From: Perna viridis
Taxonomy: Eukaryota
Reading direction: 5' to 3'
Length of the DNA: 64,000 nucleotides
Assembly (NCBI GenBank): GCA_037379345.1
Contig: CM074519.1
Coordinates: 31,584,103-31,648,102 of the forward strand
How positions within the stretch are numbered: the first letter of the stretch is position 1; each line of letters begins with the position of its first letter. Below the pieces are notes generated by a model. The model was given only the letters and a program-made list of their open reading frames with translations, did no database searches and had not been told where the DNA came from. Below are positions 1-14,617 of this stretch, in pieces. A program made the translations under genes and the position numbers.

Positions 1-1268
1 GTTGTGATATGAACACTCCATACGCAGGTGCTGAAGGGATGTTGCCACAAATGAAAGGAAAATTGACAATTTTGAATATAAAGTCATCACTTTTGTCGTA
101 AAGTTTGGTCAATAGTGTAGGTCAAGATATGAGACTGACTTCACAGTGTCTGTAGTATCCTTTGGGTTAGATGCCATGTATCAAATCCCCAAAATTAGGA
201 TTGTTTAAAGATAGTACGTCATTTATATAGTGGAAACTGAGATTAAAGGATCTAGCTAAACGATATTCTTTCTTTCGGATCAGATCAGCTATAAAGTCAG
301 CCTCATAAGAATGAAGGAATAGGTCAGCAAGTAGAGGAGCACAATTTGCTCCCATTGGAATGCCGACCGTTTGTTGAAAAACGAGTCCACCACACTGGAC
401 AAATATGTTGTCGAATGAAAATTCCAGTATTTTTTAAACATTTTCCTCTGTATATCTGGAAGATGATTTGGAATTATTTCTTACTAAGTATGAGGAATAT
501 CTACCAAGAATTATATATTTGTATCTAGGTGTACCATCTTTTTTGAAAAAAAACAACGATGTGTAATGTTTTTAAGTCGGGATTTTAACTGAGTATGTGG
601 AATAGAAGTATACAATGTTGAAAAATCATAGGTTTTAATGCTATTATTTCTGATAATAGTCTTGAACTGATTGTCTCCAAAAGATTTTTCAAATTTTTCA
701 GGATCCACATTGAATTAATACCACTACGGGAGTAACAAGTGTTGTGGTAGGACTCTTTGACAACTGTGAGTATAGAAGTTAAAAGTTTTGAAAGAGTTTT
801 GGTGGTACATTTTGCAGATCCAGCTATGTAACGTTGTTTGTATGGATTCTTGTGGAGTTTAGTAATCCAGTACATAGATGGTAAATCACGGGCATCGTCC
901 TTGGTGGAGAAACCAAAAGAGGATAGCACAGATTTATGGTTTTTCACAATTTCTTTTTTGGAGAGTGTGGTATTGGTATAGTTCTTTTACTGCTATTGTT
1001 TTCTACGTCTACCTCCGATAATAAACATTGGATGTAAAACGTTTTGCAGACAAAACAATGTTGTTTTGGGCTTTGTCTGCTGGTACGACAAATATTTGTC
1101 GTATATTATAGGAGACAATGTTTTTGCTACATCGGGGTCTTTGAAAACTGATGTAGCATTGGTACTCATTGACCCACTTAAAACTTTCATTCGTTTCAAA
1201 ATTAAAGACCTCACGGCCTTTAACCACTCTAACAGAGAATCAATGTCTTCTTGTTCTCGTTTTATCCA
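1..1268 (-). mobile_element. Penelope-like retroelement (Naiad-type) RT fragment, frameshifted, cut off by the window start
   Basis: Minus-strand pieces LPSMYWITKLHKNPYKQRYIAGS, IKTYDFSTLYTSIPH, GIPMGANCAPLLADLFL and YINDVL are PLE RT motifs; same family as the copies at 42.2, 57.6 and 62 kb. Confidence 0.9.
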
Positions 1269-2889
1269 GAACTGATAAGATAGAAATGTTACCGAAGGAC
1301 AACGACCCTTCTACGCCCGACTGATGGCATCACGTGACATGAAAGAGGAATATCAATTTTTGTTCACTTCAGACAAAACATTGCGCTTCATTTGGTTAAA
1401 GAGTAGGAAGAACTCATTATAATGTTTAATGACAAAAGGCAAACATTTCCCATTAATGAATTCAAGATTTAAAATACGAAACTATTTGATCTCTATTGCT
1501 AGACCGTTAGATGCATAGTTTAGCCATTTTAAGTTATAGGAGAATGTACCTAGTCTAACGTTCATTTACTCTGTGAATTATTTCACATGGTTCACGTTCT
1601 GCAGATCAAAACAAGCATTACAAGACATGTAGACTTCCGTGTTTGATTTAGTAATTGTCCAATGCCATACTAGTTCAATAGTTTCAAGATCGTCCAGGTC
1701 AATCATAGAGATTACAAGTGAGCACGATTATGATTTTATATAGTAGAGACGAAAGTGGGAAACAGGGGTGTGTTCAAGAGAAACATTCCTTGTCAACCAA
1801 TATAAAAACAGCCCAAGACATTTTACAGGCTTATGAAATTCAATAAACGGATTAACGTTAAGAAAGATCGGGGAACTAGTTTGGTGGAACCCAAACACTC
1901 TCCCTACCCTTGATGAACACAGAAAACAGAAAACTCAATTGCGCACGATGACATTCAATTTCAAAAGATCCTGATACAAAAAAGATACGTGTATCACTAG
2001 CTATTTAAGAAAGCACAATTTGTTCACGCGTCCTGACAATAAGTTAATTTCGACATGAATGGCGCTAGTTTAAAACGATTATGATAAATTGTGTCAATTT
2101 TATAAGGATACATAATTTCAGAACAAACAAAACCAAAACAAAAACTTATTCTTGGACTGTTCAAACAGCATCATAGTTACTTAAGTCGAAGCCTTCAGAG
2201 GGTTCTTCTTACAACCACATACTAAGGCCCATTGCCAAGTCGTACAATCACATCAATTTTTATCTTAGCCTTTTTTGGCTCTGGCATCTATAGCAACACT
2301 GACTGAAATATATTTAGGGCTTTAGACCACTCGACTTCAGAAATCAAATCATCATTGACATGTAAGGTTTCTACTTGAGCAAATTTAATAGGATTAAATA
2401 AATATGATTGAAAAATATGTAATAAACATAACCAAATGCTGTGATTACATTGTTAATTTTGTCAATAAAAAAAAGAATATAATAAAAAGATATAAAATAA
2501 TAAACACATTCAAACTGCTATCATAAGCCATCATTTTCATCCTTCACCGTTTTTCAACAAACCATAGTTCACATATATGTATATAAAGAACATATTAAGA
2601 AGCGTAAAACACCAAAGAGGCGTAACATGTTATTAAATTGAATACGCCTATACTGGATGTTTGAATAGTTACGTAATTCAAAATGTAACACCGTAACGTA
2701 CAAGTCTTCAGCTTGGTAATACATATTTAATGTACCAGTGTGTTTTTTCCATACAGTTAATCTAGAAATCATATTAAAGTTATCGCTAAAAGTACAATAC
2801 TGAATCTCATATGCATTTGTAAAATAACATACGTGAATTGAAGTTCACTTATAACACTTCCTCGCGAATATTATAACTGATATGCTATA

Positions 2890-3095
2890 CAATTTACCCT
2901 ACCGATGCACCTGGTTCATAACCCTGTTTTAGGTGGAGTACAATCTTCTCGTTCGCGTCTACTTCTGTTTTTGTGTGCATGTTTAGTTATTTAAGTTTAT
3001 TTGTTGCGTGTATCTATTTTCTAAAATCTTTGTAAAGTCGTTATACCTGTGATATGTTCTTTATGATTACCGTTCTTTCCTCGATTCCCTTGATT
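2890..3095 (+). mobile_element. Degenerate Naiad 3'-end fragment
   Basis: ttaccctaccgatgcacctggttc...ttcccttgatt matches the 3' UTR/terminus of the better preserved copies. Confidence 0.6.
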
Positions 3096-3378
3096 TTCCG
3101 TTTGAATGACTTTGGAATGTAACATAGCATAATTGTGAAAGAGACCCTTGATTTCTCGTTTGAATGGCTTTGGAATGTAACATGGCATCATTGTGAAAGA
3201 TATCCTTGATTTCCCGTTTGAATGGCTCTGGAATGCAACATGGCATCATTGTGAAAGATATCCTTGATTTCTCGTTTGAATGGCTTTGAAATGTAACATG
3301 GCATCATTGTGAAGGAGATCCTTGATTTCCCGTTTGAATGGCTCTTGAATGTAACATGGCATCATTGTGAAAGAGATG
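3087..3378. repeat. 58-bp minisatellite x5
   Basis: Unit ccttgatttcccgtttgaatggctttggaatgtaacatggcatcattgtgaaagaga recurs with period 58. Confidence 0.9.
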
Positions 3379-3881
3379 ACAAAATTCTACAATTATGTTT
3401 TTATATATTCGGTTAGTACATGTAGTTTAAAAGTTACGCAAAATACATATGCTAAAATTATAAGATAGGAATTTGTCATATAGGCAAAAAATAACATGAT
3501 GTTTATACAATTAACCTAAATGTCAGAAAGAAATACTTGATGCCATGGTATAATTTGTAGATTTAGGATCTCTAGGATGTAGAATTTCTTCATTAAAATT
3601 CGATCAAATATTCTTACAAGGTTCTCACGGACGTGAGGCGAATATTGTAATCTTAGCGGGCGTGATTTTATCATAGGTTTATAGAAGATAGGACTTGTAA
3701 ATTAGCAAGTCCTTTTTTGGTGTAAAATTTTAAGAAAGTTGGTATCTTTTATACTTGGCAAGTTCTATGATAAAAAATGGTACTGAAGCCTACGAAATAA
3801 GCTAAAAATGAGTACATGAACTCAACACTTTCTGTTACGCGCTGTCGCGTTGTTAACGCTGAAGACTGGGGATAAAATTCA

Positions 3882-3968
3882 AAACAGGAAAGTAACCCAA
3901 TAGTCCAAACAAGGAAAGTAACCCAATAGTCCAAACAAGGAAAGTAACCCAATAGTCCAAACAAGGAA
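3882..3968. repeat. 26-bp tandem repeat x3.3
   Basis: aaacaaggaaagtaacccaatagtcc repeated. Confidence 0.9.
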
Positions 3969-6149
3969 AAAGTAAGTTATTACACCCGGCAGTTTTATAA
4001 CTGAACTCATGAAATGTAAAGTACTCATATAGGCTTACACATGCTAAATCAAGTACACTCATTTAAATATGTTTTGTTTTCTGTGAATGTTTTAAAGCAA
4101 AAAATTGATATCCATTCGATTCGATTTGCGACAAGCAGTGTTAATCAATGTTTTTACGGCTGACCTTTAATGACAAAAAAATCAAGCATTGAATCTGATT
4201 TTCCCCCATGGATATGATAGGTATACACACTAGAACCGTTGTATGTGTTGCTTATATTGTCTGAAGCTTTATTGTCCAGATCGATATGTTACAGGGCTTA
4301 TATTTCCCTTAGAGTTATTGTTTTATTGTTGTAATTTTTGAAACGACAGTAGAGTCTGCATAGAACGTCAGAAATGGGTAACTAGTATCATTATGCATGT
4401 TGAATTGACATGGAAACGACTGAAAGGTCTTTTGTACTCATACAAGTAATAGTTTCAGATGTAACACGCTTTATGATTGGATAAAAAATGTACATCATCT
4501 CAAAGTTGTGTAATAAGACTGTGACGTCATCAACCTTTTTATGATATACTCGTTAAAATTTGATATTAAAATTAAATTATTAGGAATGACTGTAATATAT
4601 TTTTTGTCTGTTTAAATTAACCTTATGCCCTTGGTGCACACTTGAAAATAATCTGCTTCGCAAGTTATTTAGTATGCATATTGATGTTATTTTTCTATTT
4701 CTTTCCTCATTCCTTTAGTAGACCGTGTCATAATTAAATTTGTTTTCTGAGCATTCTGCGTGCACCAATAAAACTTTGTCAAAGGGATTGAGGAATTTTT
4801 ATTTGACATAAAATAATTAAAGTTTGAGAGCGTTTACTTTTTATATTTAACTCATTTCCTATCTACATATCCTCTTCAAGCCATGGTAACTGCATTTTTT
4901 ATATATTCTGTGATCGAATACTCTTAAATAGGTCTGAAATTACCGATTCGGTAAGTTACTAATATCTTTTTTGTTCAATCATTGGAAAGTCCCGAAGTCG
5001 GAATTGCTAAAGCATTTTTAAAATTCATAGATGTATATACAGCAATATTTCAAATTGTAAATCTCAGCAGATTCAATTTTCATTTTATTTACTACTGTGT
5101 TATTATTACAACCAGTTTTAATAGGAATATCGATGGATCGTGCTAAATAATTCATCGTGTCCTCGCAGCTAAATATGAGCGCCGAAAAGGAATTGGGAAA
5201 ACATTGTTATAACAATTTTAACTCAACAGAAAGATACTTGACGAACTGGAGTTATTAATCATCAATTGTTACAGTACAGAGGGATTAACACTAGTTAAAC
5301 GATATTTAAAAACTGGAATGCCAAGGACACAGACCAATTCAAGTGATAAAAAAAACCAAAGCAGCTCCAAAGAAACCTGTAGAATTGTATGCACACATCC
5401 CAACCAAGATAATTATATAACATGCTCCAATATTTGACCAACATTTTACAGCTCAGAATGTAAATAGGATAATTAATAGTCCTTTTTCGAATTTGAAGTT
5501 GAAGTTTACTGCTTCCCTTGCTCAAATCGGACAGTAAACCAGTCTGTCGTGTTGGAAAGATGCTTACCGTTGCATAAAATTTAAAAAAAAAAAAAAAACG
5601 AAGACAAAGTGGAGAATATGAGAAAGGACTATTAACCAAAATATGATCACGAGTGCCGAAAAGACGCCTGCATTTAACTAGTGCACAGACATTGCACACG
5701 AGTGAAATCTTCAAGCGATCTTTGCACGAGTAATTATAAGTTTTGGTTAATCAAGATGACCAATTGGTTATTTTATCTATTAAATAGACTTTGTTAGTAT
5801 TTTTTTTACTATTTTCAATTAAAATTTATATTTTGTGACCGGCGGATTGATATATTTGTTTTGTGACGTTTTGGCGACGGGAAGTACTGGATTAATTACT
5901 TCTGTAAATTATCGAAATTTATCAATGGAACTCAATATAATAAAGAAAAAAAGACTCTACACACGTATACCTCTTCCCAATTACTGGTATTAAGTACCAT
6001 TTATCTTACACATTGGCCCTCAAATCAAACAATACTTGCTTAAAGAGACTTAACTTACCGATGATAAACTATAATTGTCCTCGAAAACTAAATTAAAAAA
6101 AGAAAATACGATCTATAAAACACTGTTTCCATTCGACCATAATACACTA

Positions 6150-6525
6150 AAAAATCACCAGTAATAAATTTAAGTATACACAACCAATTCACTAGTATTT
6201 TAATATGTGTTAGAAAACCAATTAACTAGTACTTGAGTATGTGATACAAAACCGATCACGAGTAAGTGAGTACATGTTACAAAACCGATCACTAGTAATT
6301 GAGTACATATTACAAAACCGATCGGTTGTAATTGAGTACATGTTACAAAACCGATCACTAGTACTTGCGTACATGTTACAAAACCGATCACTAGTACTTG
6401 AGTACATGTTACAAAACCAATTCACTAGTAATTGAGTACGTGGTACAAAACCAATCTACATGTACTTGAATACGTGGAACAAATTCAATCAACTTGTAAT
6501 TGAATACGTGGTACAAAACCAATAA
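6150..6525. repeat. 33-bp minisatellite, about 11 degenerate copies
   Basis: Unit approximately gagtacatgttacaaaaccgatcactagtaatt; explains the 11-aa periodic ORFs. Confidence 0.85.
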
Positions 6526-7116
6526 ACTGCCATTTTAAAGGCCTTTGTTCGACCGAAGACTTAAATTGTGAGAGCCAAATCTGTTGCTAAACTATCTTAA
6601 GTTGGGATTACTCTCAAGTCTTTCAATAGCGTTATATATAATTTTGTAAATCTCAAAAGACCTACAACAGAAACTTCCGGCAGAAACAAATCCTGAAATT
6701 CACAACGTATAGAAATGATAATGAAAAACCTACACTTGCTGAATATATTTCTAGTAATTGGATATACTTTTAAAAAAATGTAACCTGAAAATCAATCACA
6801 CACTACCCCTCCTATACAAATCTAATCAATGTCCTTGCACCATTCGTTTGTCACAGACAACGGCTTTTTCAATAGAAACTCAGATATTTTTACGATATTC
6901 ACCTTACCAACTTTTCGTGACAGTAATGCAACTTATACTTTTCAATAAATTGAGCATTTGGTATCAATTCAATCCAATTCAATTCAAATCTTTATTGCCA
7001 TTATACATATTTATCTTAGTGACATAAAAATAATACAAACGAAAACAGCAACTTGCAGACAAATGTAATAGCAGCATAAACAAGAAAATATTTAATAGTC
7101 CCCTGTCCTCAGTACT

Positions 7117-7460
7117 AATGGCTTTTTGATTAAGCTGCCTAGCTTATTTACCTGTATTGGGATTAATGGCTTTTTGATTAAGCAGCCTAGCTTATTTACC
7201 TGTATTGGGATCAATGGCTTTTTGATTAAGCAGCCTAGCTTATTTACCTGTATTGGGATTAATGGCTTTTTGATTAAGCAACCTAGCTTATTTACCTGTA
7301 TTGGGATCAATGGCTTTTTGATTAAGCTGCCTAGCTTATTTACCTGTATTGGGATCAATGGCTTTTTGATTAAGCAGCCTAGCTTATTTACCTGTATTGG
7401 GATCAATGGCTTTTTGATTAAGCTGCCTAGCTTATTTACCTGCATTGGGATCAATGGCTT
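7117..7460. repeat. 48-bp minisatellite x7, near-identical copies
   Basis: aatggctttttgattaagc(a/t)gcctagcttatttacctgtattgggat(c/t). Confidence 0.95.
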
Positions 7461-9009
7461 TATTTTATAAAATAATTTTTCCGAAATAAAATCACTATTT
7501 TCATTAAATATCATATAGTTGGTTTATGTGATGAAATATCCCTTTCTGGAATTTCCTCATTCCTGAACCACTGATTTAAGTGACCTTTTTTCTGTAAAAT
7601 ATCGAAATTGGCCTTTAGTTTCTTTCAATATTTCGTTAGATTTTGGTGGAAGGAAAACTCAGTTTTTATCATGCAAACTGCATATAACACTAGGAATCTT
7701 TGCACACACGTTAATATCATTACAAGCCTTTTTAATGAGTGTTTATGAAATCCTATAACTTAAAACTTCTTAACATATAACAAAGTAAAAGAGTAGTATT
7801 ATTCATTAACGTACTGGCAAAATGTCATTTCTGATTTGGGGGGAAGAAATGCGTCATCTGAAAAAAAAATTAGTAACTAATGATAGTTTTTTTTTGCGAT
7901 TATTTTTTGCGCAGATAATTGAATTTTTCAGTCAGACAGACTTCAAAGACATAACGATAATGGATTCGGAAAGATTTTTCGAAGCTTATATTAAAGAGTC
8001 GTAATGACAAAAATTGTAACCATACATTAAACAGATAATTTCTTTTCATAAACACGAGTTATTCCATAACCAAATTTAATTTTGGCTCTTTGATGAATAA
8101 GTACAACGGATTCATTAAAAGATTTACATTTTTGTATTGTTTGCTTGTTTGATTGGTTTTTTTTTAAATTTAATTTTTTGTTTCTTTTCTTTTGTTGTAT
8201 TTTTTTTTTTTTTTTTTTTGGTTGTTTTTTTTTCTTTTAAAAGTAAGAGTGGATTTAGATTATACAAGAATAAAATGCATTAGTGGATCTTGTATTTCTA
8301 ATTTAATTTAAAGGTATGAGCAGTTTCAAAGAAAATCCCTCTTAATTTTAGGTAAGCCTATAGAAGCATAATTACAAACAATAACCCAAACTACATATGC
8401 ATATAAATAACTCTTTATGTATATAAGTATGCATGTATGACATATCAAAGTATAGTATTACCAGTACATCCTACAGTTAAAATGTTACATCAAACAAGTA
8501 TGCGGAAATTCAGAAAAAACCACTTTAATTTACCACAATATTAGACAGACTAAGGATGGTGCAGTTTGTTTGAATCATTTAAATATGAAAATAGGAAATG
8601 AGGTGATTGATGCATGTCAAAAACCCAACGAATTCAGTTTTATTTTTTTAATTAATAAACAGTAACTCATTTGGTTGTTTGGCTATTGAAAAAAAATGCA
8701 TTGATTGTATATGAAAATTGCATTTAATAAGAGTTATCGTTCTTGATTTGGTTTGCATATAATAGGATATGAATGTATGATTATCTAAAAAGTAACAGAT
8801 CTGAATACAGATATGTAGAGTAAAAGATCATTGTTTGTTCTTTGAGTTTCTCAGCACCATGAATCATCTTTACCTTAGTCACTGTCAAACTCCGGATCAT
8901 TGGTCTCTTCCAAGCCGGCACTACGTTTGGCATTCCAGAATGCAGTGATTAGTGGAGGAACGTCAACGGTACGGAACTGGAGCTGCTTTGGAGTTTAGTC
9001 ACTGTCAGA

Positions 9010-10330
9010 ATTTTAGATGGACTGATTGAAATGCACAAAGTTAGTATTCTTTTTGTAGTTAAAGGACGGAAACGCAAACAAACGTTGTAGTGACAGATAT
9101 TCAATTTCTTGTTTTCATTCCATTTCAGATATACACTCGAAAGCCCTCAGAAACAATTTTCATGCTTTGGATATTAGCCAGACCAAAGCTGGTTACGGAA
9201 TATTTTAATCAGTTGATAATTGGTTGAAATATACAGCTGAAGTATTCTCATTCCATTTGTATTTTCTTTAAAACCAGTAGAAATATTTCTTCACCTCGTT
9301 TATTTATTTATTTCTTTTCGTGTGAAGGACCTTTTCTAGAAATGGTGAATAAATGTAATTACAAAGTTACCGAACTCATAATCACAAACTGGGAAGAGAG
9401 ATGTTAATTGGTAAAAACTGTCTGTCAAAACCAGAAAAAAACGAAATTAGATACTGTGTTCTGGCTTGATACAGGCATTTGAAAGTGGAATTGTGGGTAA
9501 AACCAAGTTTAATGGATAACTAAACCACATGTCAGTAAAAAAAGTTACCATCTGCCAGATTCTTACAGGATATTGTTCTGAACAAAGAATAAGAAGTATA
9601 AAGGATGACTTAAAGGTTAAAATATTTGCATTAATCCACACTTTATCGATGTGATTAGAAGTTATGTCTGCAAGTAATTACGGCCTTGGTTAATCGCTGT
9701 ACGTGTAATATTTCTTAATCTCGGTAGTAGATAGGATACTAGGTGCATGTTTCCTCCTGATAGCAAGCAATATATACTTTCTTGATTTGCTATTATTGAT
9801 TTTAAATCATAACTCATACTAAGGTGTTTCTAAGAAACAAGCAGACATAATTGCTATGTAATAACAAGACCCAATGAGTTTACATAGGGCAGTAGACAAT
9901 GGAATTTCCAATTGTTTTTTTTTTATGTTTTCAGTACAAGTAGTTAAAAAAATAAAGAAACACCCAGGGTTATTATAGATTATGTTTTCGAATCGCGAAT
10001 ATTTGAAACTTGTTTCACATTTCACTTAATAGTTTAGCATATTGGATGGTATGCTTTCATTGACAGTGAAGTCATGTCTGAATGCTGTTGATTAAACGCA
10101 TCTGGTTGGAAGGAAATGCTAAATGGAAATTAAAGGTCATTAACAAGGCTGGTATGAAGTACTTTCCTATATATGTCAGATCATTCTGTTGGAAATATCT
10201 CTAATTGGTAATAATATTAAGGACAAAATTATTTTTTCTTGATTACTTAGCTTCCATATCATTTGTGAATCTGGCTATGAATAGGACAAGGCACAAGACT
10301 AAGAAGAAATGCAGGGTATAAAAGATTCCA
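9010..10330 (+). mobile_element. Possible ancient L1/Tx1-type LINE RT relic
   Basis: Short broken translations (NWEERC*..IGK, IKRIWLEGNAKWK, RSFCWKY) loosely resemble the C-terminal half of Tx1/L1 ORF2; very degraded. Confidence 0.25.
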
Positions 10331-11892
10331 CAGAATATCGATATACTTTATCATAAGGAGCCAATGTGGTAAAATTTATCTTGATTATGGGAAAGTGATC
10401 GTGGGGTAAAGGTTGGTACTTTCCTTTGAAACAACGATTAAATATTCATACATAAATTGAAAAGAATTAAAACAAGAAGGCAGCATCTTAATTTTAATGC
10501 ACAGTAAGGTACGACATGTACTATATCTTTATTAGTAACCAACCGTTATAATAGAATGTTAAAATCACAAAATCCAACTGACATTAAACAATATGAAATT
10601 ATAGTAACAAAAGAAAAAAACAAAGAAAAGGGGACAAGACAAACGCAAAGCCATTTTCACGATTGTAACACGTGTTATGAGATTTTATTTTGCCTTACAT
10701 GTCTATTCGTACAACACATTGAACTAACATATAGTGGGTAATACATGAATTCACAATTGTCATTCTGCTCCGAATGACCCCAGATTTGCCTCCGAATAAC
10801 ATATTAACGCCAATGAAACAATGTAATTTCAATTGAGGCATCATTGATCTTTAAGTTGAAGGAAAATTCAGTAAGAAAACAACGGAAAATTATTTTTTTT
10901 TTCTCAATGGCGTCCACATGTGTAAATACGTATATTTCCGTGCGTTCCAAATTTTACGATTTGCTTTTTGAAAAGAGGTATAAAATACTTGCATTTGTTT
11001 TCTTCGAGTCCGCAGATATGGTTTAAAGACATAACAGATCTGTCCTTTAAATTGGCAAGCTTTTATTTTTGCGATTCCCCGAACTTCGCGAATGTAGCAA
11101 AAGTCAGAACCTTGCGAAAATTTCCCGCTATACGGCATGCGTTGCAAGTATCATTGCGATACAAATAGTATACAGCTTAACTGATAAACATTATAACCTT
11201 AAAGTGAATTTATACACTATAAACAGTATAGGTAAATGTCTAAATTAACAAAATAGAAGAATCCATTTAATGATTCACAATTCAGGACCGCAAGATTGAT
11301 GGGATCATGACCTTGTTTTTCATAGTCACTTTTGTGCTATTTTGCTGAGCCTGCATCAATTAATATTTCCACGAGGTAAGTGCTAACAGTGGTCAACAAA
11401 AAATACGGTAAAGTGTAGCATTACATTGCGGAACTACAAACTGGGTTTGCCCAGAAAAAAAACCACGAGATTCTATTGCGTCGAAAATTAATGAAATGTG
11501 CAATCATTAATGTATAAACAAAAGAAAGAACTAGAGATGCAAGTTTAGAAAACATTGATATAAATATACGCTAACAGACAGGAAATTTGTGCACGTGTAA
11601 AAATGCTTAATACATATTCGCAATGCAATTGCCTTATTTTAAGATCAGGAACGTAGTTTCAAAGAAGATCATGATCACGTTTTTACAAACACCAACCATT
11701 GCAGTTATATTCAAAGCAACAAAAACTAGTTTAAAAATTGGAAACTGTTGAGTGAGTAGAATAAAAGCCGTGCGAAGGCTAGACAAAAAGGTAACCATAT
11801 AACCTAATGATGTCTATAAAGAAACCTCAGTTCTAATACGATAGAACAGGAATGTTTCTGCTTCAATTTTCAACTAAGTGGCTGTCTTTGTA

Positions 11893-13036
11893 GGAATCAT
11901 GCAACATCTGAAAAATGTGATACACCCCAAAAAAAGACTACATATTTTTATTTTTGTAATTGGGTTGTTTTATGGGTTTATACTATGAAATGTGTAATTA
12001 TTCATTCAAATCTGCCTCCTCTTAGGAGATAATCCACATTGAAAATCCAGTAGATTCTATTGTATTTGTGCATCATTTACAGAGTAATCTCCCTTAATTT
12101 TGAAATCTATAGTGCTTTCTACATAATTTTTATCTCCCAAGAGCACGGGTTATATGAAAAACCACGTTAATTTCTTTTTACTATGACATTTCAAACAAAA
12201 TATCAAAAATAAAAATATGTAGGCTTTTTACCCATGAATCACATTTTGCATGATCCTTATTTTAGCTGGTGTTCTACTTAAAAGTTACCCAAATTAACCG
12301 AGTGACATTTTGGTTTTGTTTTCATAAAGATTAAATTATGCTCAAATGCAGCGAATAAAAATGAAAATGAGATTTGATATGAATAAAAAAAGATATCTTT
12401 TTACATCTAAGGAATAATACCATGTACAATAATGTCACTCAAAGATTAAAAAATTACATAATTGGTAAAAATGTAAAAAAAAAAAAATTAGATTGAACCC
12501 TTATATTCATTTTAATCAATCATACGTTAGTTTGAAATAAGATTTTTTTTTCATTTATTAACCTTATTTATTGTATTACGCCAATATATATTCACGTGCA
12601 ATTTTTACCTTTAAAGCTTACCATTTTACACTTAAAATTATGTAAATATTTATTTTAGATTGTAGAATAGGGCAATTTTGCAAATACCCAAGGACATTAA
12701 TTAGAGAATAAAAACTACGCGGTCCTTGCTATAAACGCCAGTTATACGTTTAAAATATTATAGTAAATACAGATTGCCAATCGTTGTTCTTAGGAGATAA
12801 AACTTATATAGAATGTGCTGTAAAAGTCAAAATAAAGGGAGATAACTATGTGTAATGACACTAACATACTACAGAAACTGTAGGATTTCAATGCGTGTTA
12901 TCTCCTAAAAACAGGCAGATTGGAATGAATAATTATAAATTTCATCATATAGACCTAGAAAACAACTTGATTACAAAAATGAAAGTGTGTAGCCTTTTCT
13001 GAGATGTATCCCATATTACAGAATTTGCATGATTCT
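11893..13036. mobile_element. Non-autonomous foldback DNA transposon with about 260-bp imperfect TIRs
   Basis: ggaatcatgcaa at 11893 vs ttgcatgattct ending 13036, TA on both flanks; 11893-12150 is the reverse complement of 12781-13036; extra internal right end near 12246-12259. Confidence 0.75.
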
Positions 13037-14503
13037 TACGGATCTTTAGAAATGCTTTGCTTAGACCTAATATGCACTGATGTGAAACCAATCTGTTTTT
13101 ATTCTCTGAAAATATCTTACTATTAAGATCAATCTTGCTCAAAATGATTAAATATGAAACCTGCAGGACTGTGTGTATGTGTATTTGATTTGGTAACTAT
13201 GAAAATGACGTCAACATGACCTCATGTTTGGTGGTTTTGCGTTGACGTCATTTTCTCTATTGTGAAGTTTTGACCCTACCAGTCATAAAATGAAGCAATC
13301 ACATATCTTTTTATAAATTGTTGTTGATAATTTTCCAATTTGATAATGAAATGGCTCATCGAAAGCGAGAAAAACACGTTAAAAACCAAGAAAATAATAT
13401 ATATTCTAAAAGTAAGAACAAGTGGTAGATTTACAAAATATCGATATTGGTTAAAATTGATTGCGGCATTATTTTAGAAACAGACAACCATTTGAACACA
13501 CGTGGGTTTTGGAAAAAGCAAACCATTTTATCAGTGCTCTCAGTTCCGAATTTAGTAAATAAAAGTAACTGATTTCACAGGTTCCTTGAATGCGCAAGTG
13601 TTTGTTTATATAATTTATTGAAACTGGCAGCCTGTTTGATACCGTTCTAAATTTGGTTGCACTAAAACTACATGTATAACATCCAAGCGCACACCTTTGT
13701 TAAACAAGATTCATAGACAATTTGTAATAATCTGAATGAATCGATTTTCACATACACTGTTCATATTAACACAATGAGCTGCTAATTATGGATTAAAAAA
13801 AAGATAATGAAAGGGAATTTTATTGTTTTTACACGATAAAATTGATCACAAGAGAAAAATGCCATTGTTTGATAGATATGGTGTAGATTGAAGCCACATC
13901 ATTATACACCTACCACAAGACAACTAGCATCGAGTTTCATGACAACTGAATTAGAACTTCTTCATGGCATACATGAAAGTTACTAAGCTTTGATTGGATC
14001 GCAAAAGTCGCCGAAGATATTTCAAGCATTTTCATTGGATCTTAATTTTTTTGTTATCATGAGGTAAATTTTAAGTAACTACTGACTGGATATATGCTGA
14101 TATGAAAATCATTGGATTTTCAAGCTTTGTATGCTATGTTAGAATCAAATGTCAAAGGTCATTGCATCGCCTGATTGGGTATTAGACACATACAAGACTT
14201 AATTAAACGCAAAAGTACATAAAGAATAATTCAGTTTGAACAGAATAACAGGAACGACAAGAAGGTAAGAAAAAGAATACAATTGTTTTATCCATAATTA
14301 AGATTTCCAAATATTTAGAAAAAAAATATTGAGATATTGGTGGAAGGGTGAACGGCAATTGTTTTACCTTTACCCTTACACAGCAAATCAAGAACTAAAG
14401 CTTACATGCTGGTATAGTTTAGAAACTCTGTACAACCTGACATTATTTTGCTGCCTAAAGTAAACAGTAATATTTGTTTTTGCTTTGTATCAAAATGTTT
14501 GTA

Positions 14504-14617
14504 AGTTTTGGTGCAAAAACATAATAGCCTCTTTGATTTGTATGACGTCACTGTTAATTAGTTTTGGTGCAAAAACATAATAGCCTCTTTGATTTGTATG
14601 ACATCACTGTTAATTAG
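14504..14617. repeat. Tandem duplication of about 56 bp
   Basis: agttttggtgcaaaaacataatagcctctttgatttgtatgac(g/a)tcactgttaatt x2. Confidence 0.85.

Noticed and set aside
1321-1344. Hammerhead-like ctgatg...gaaa next to a PLE end
   Set aside because: The core is CUGAUGG rather than CUGANGA, and no proper stem II or stems I/III could be formed.
3087-7460. Tandem arrays as CRISPR arrays or repeat proteins
   Set aside because: There are no unique spacers and no cas genes, and the context is eukaryotic. The ORFs arise because the 33- and 48-bp periods are multiples of three and open on both strands.
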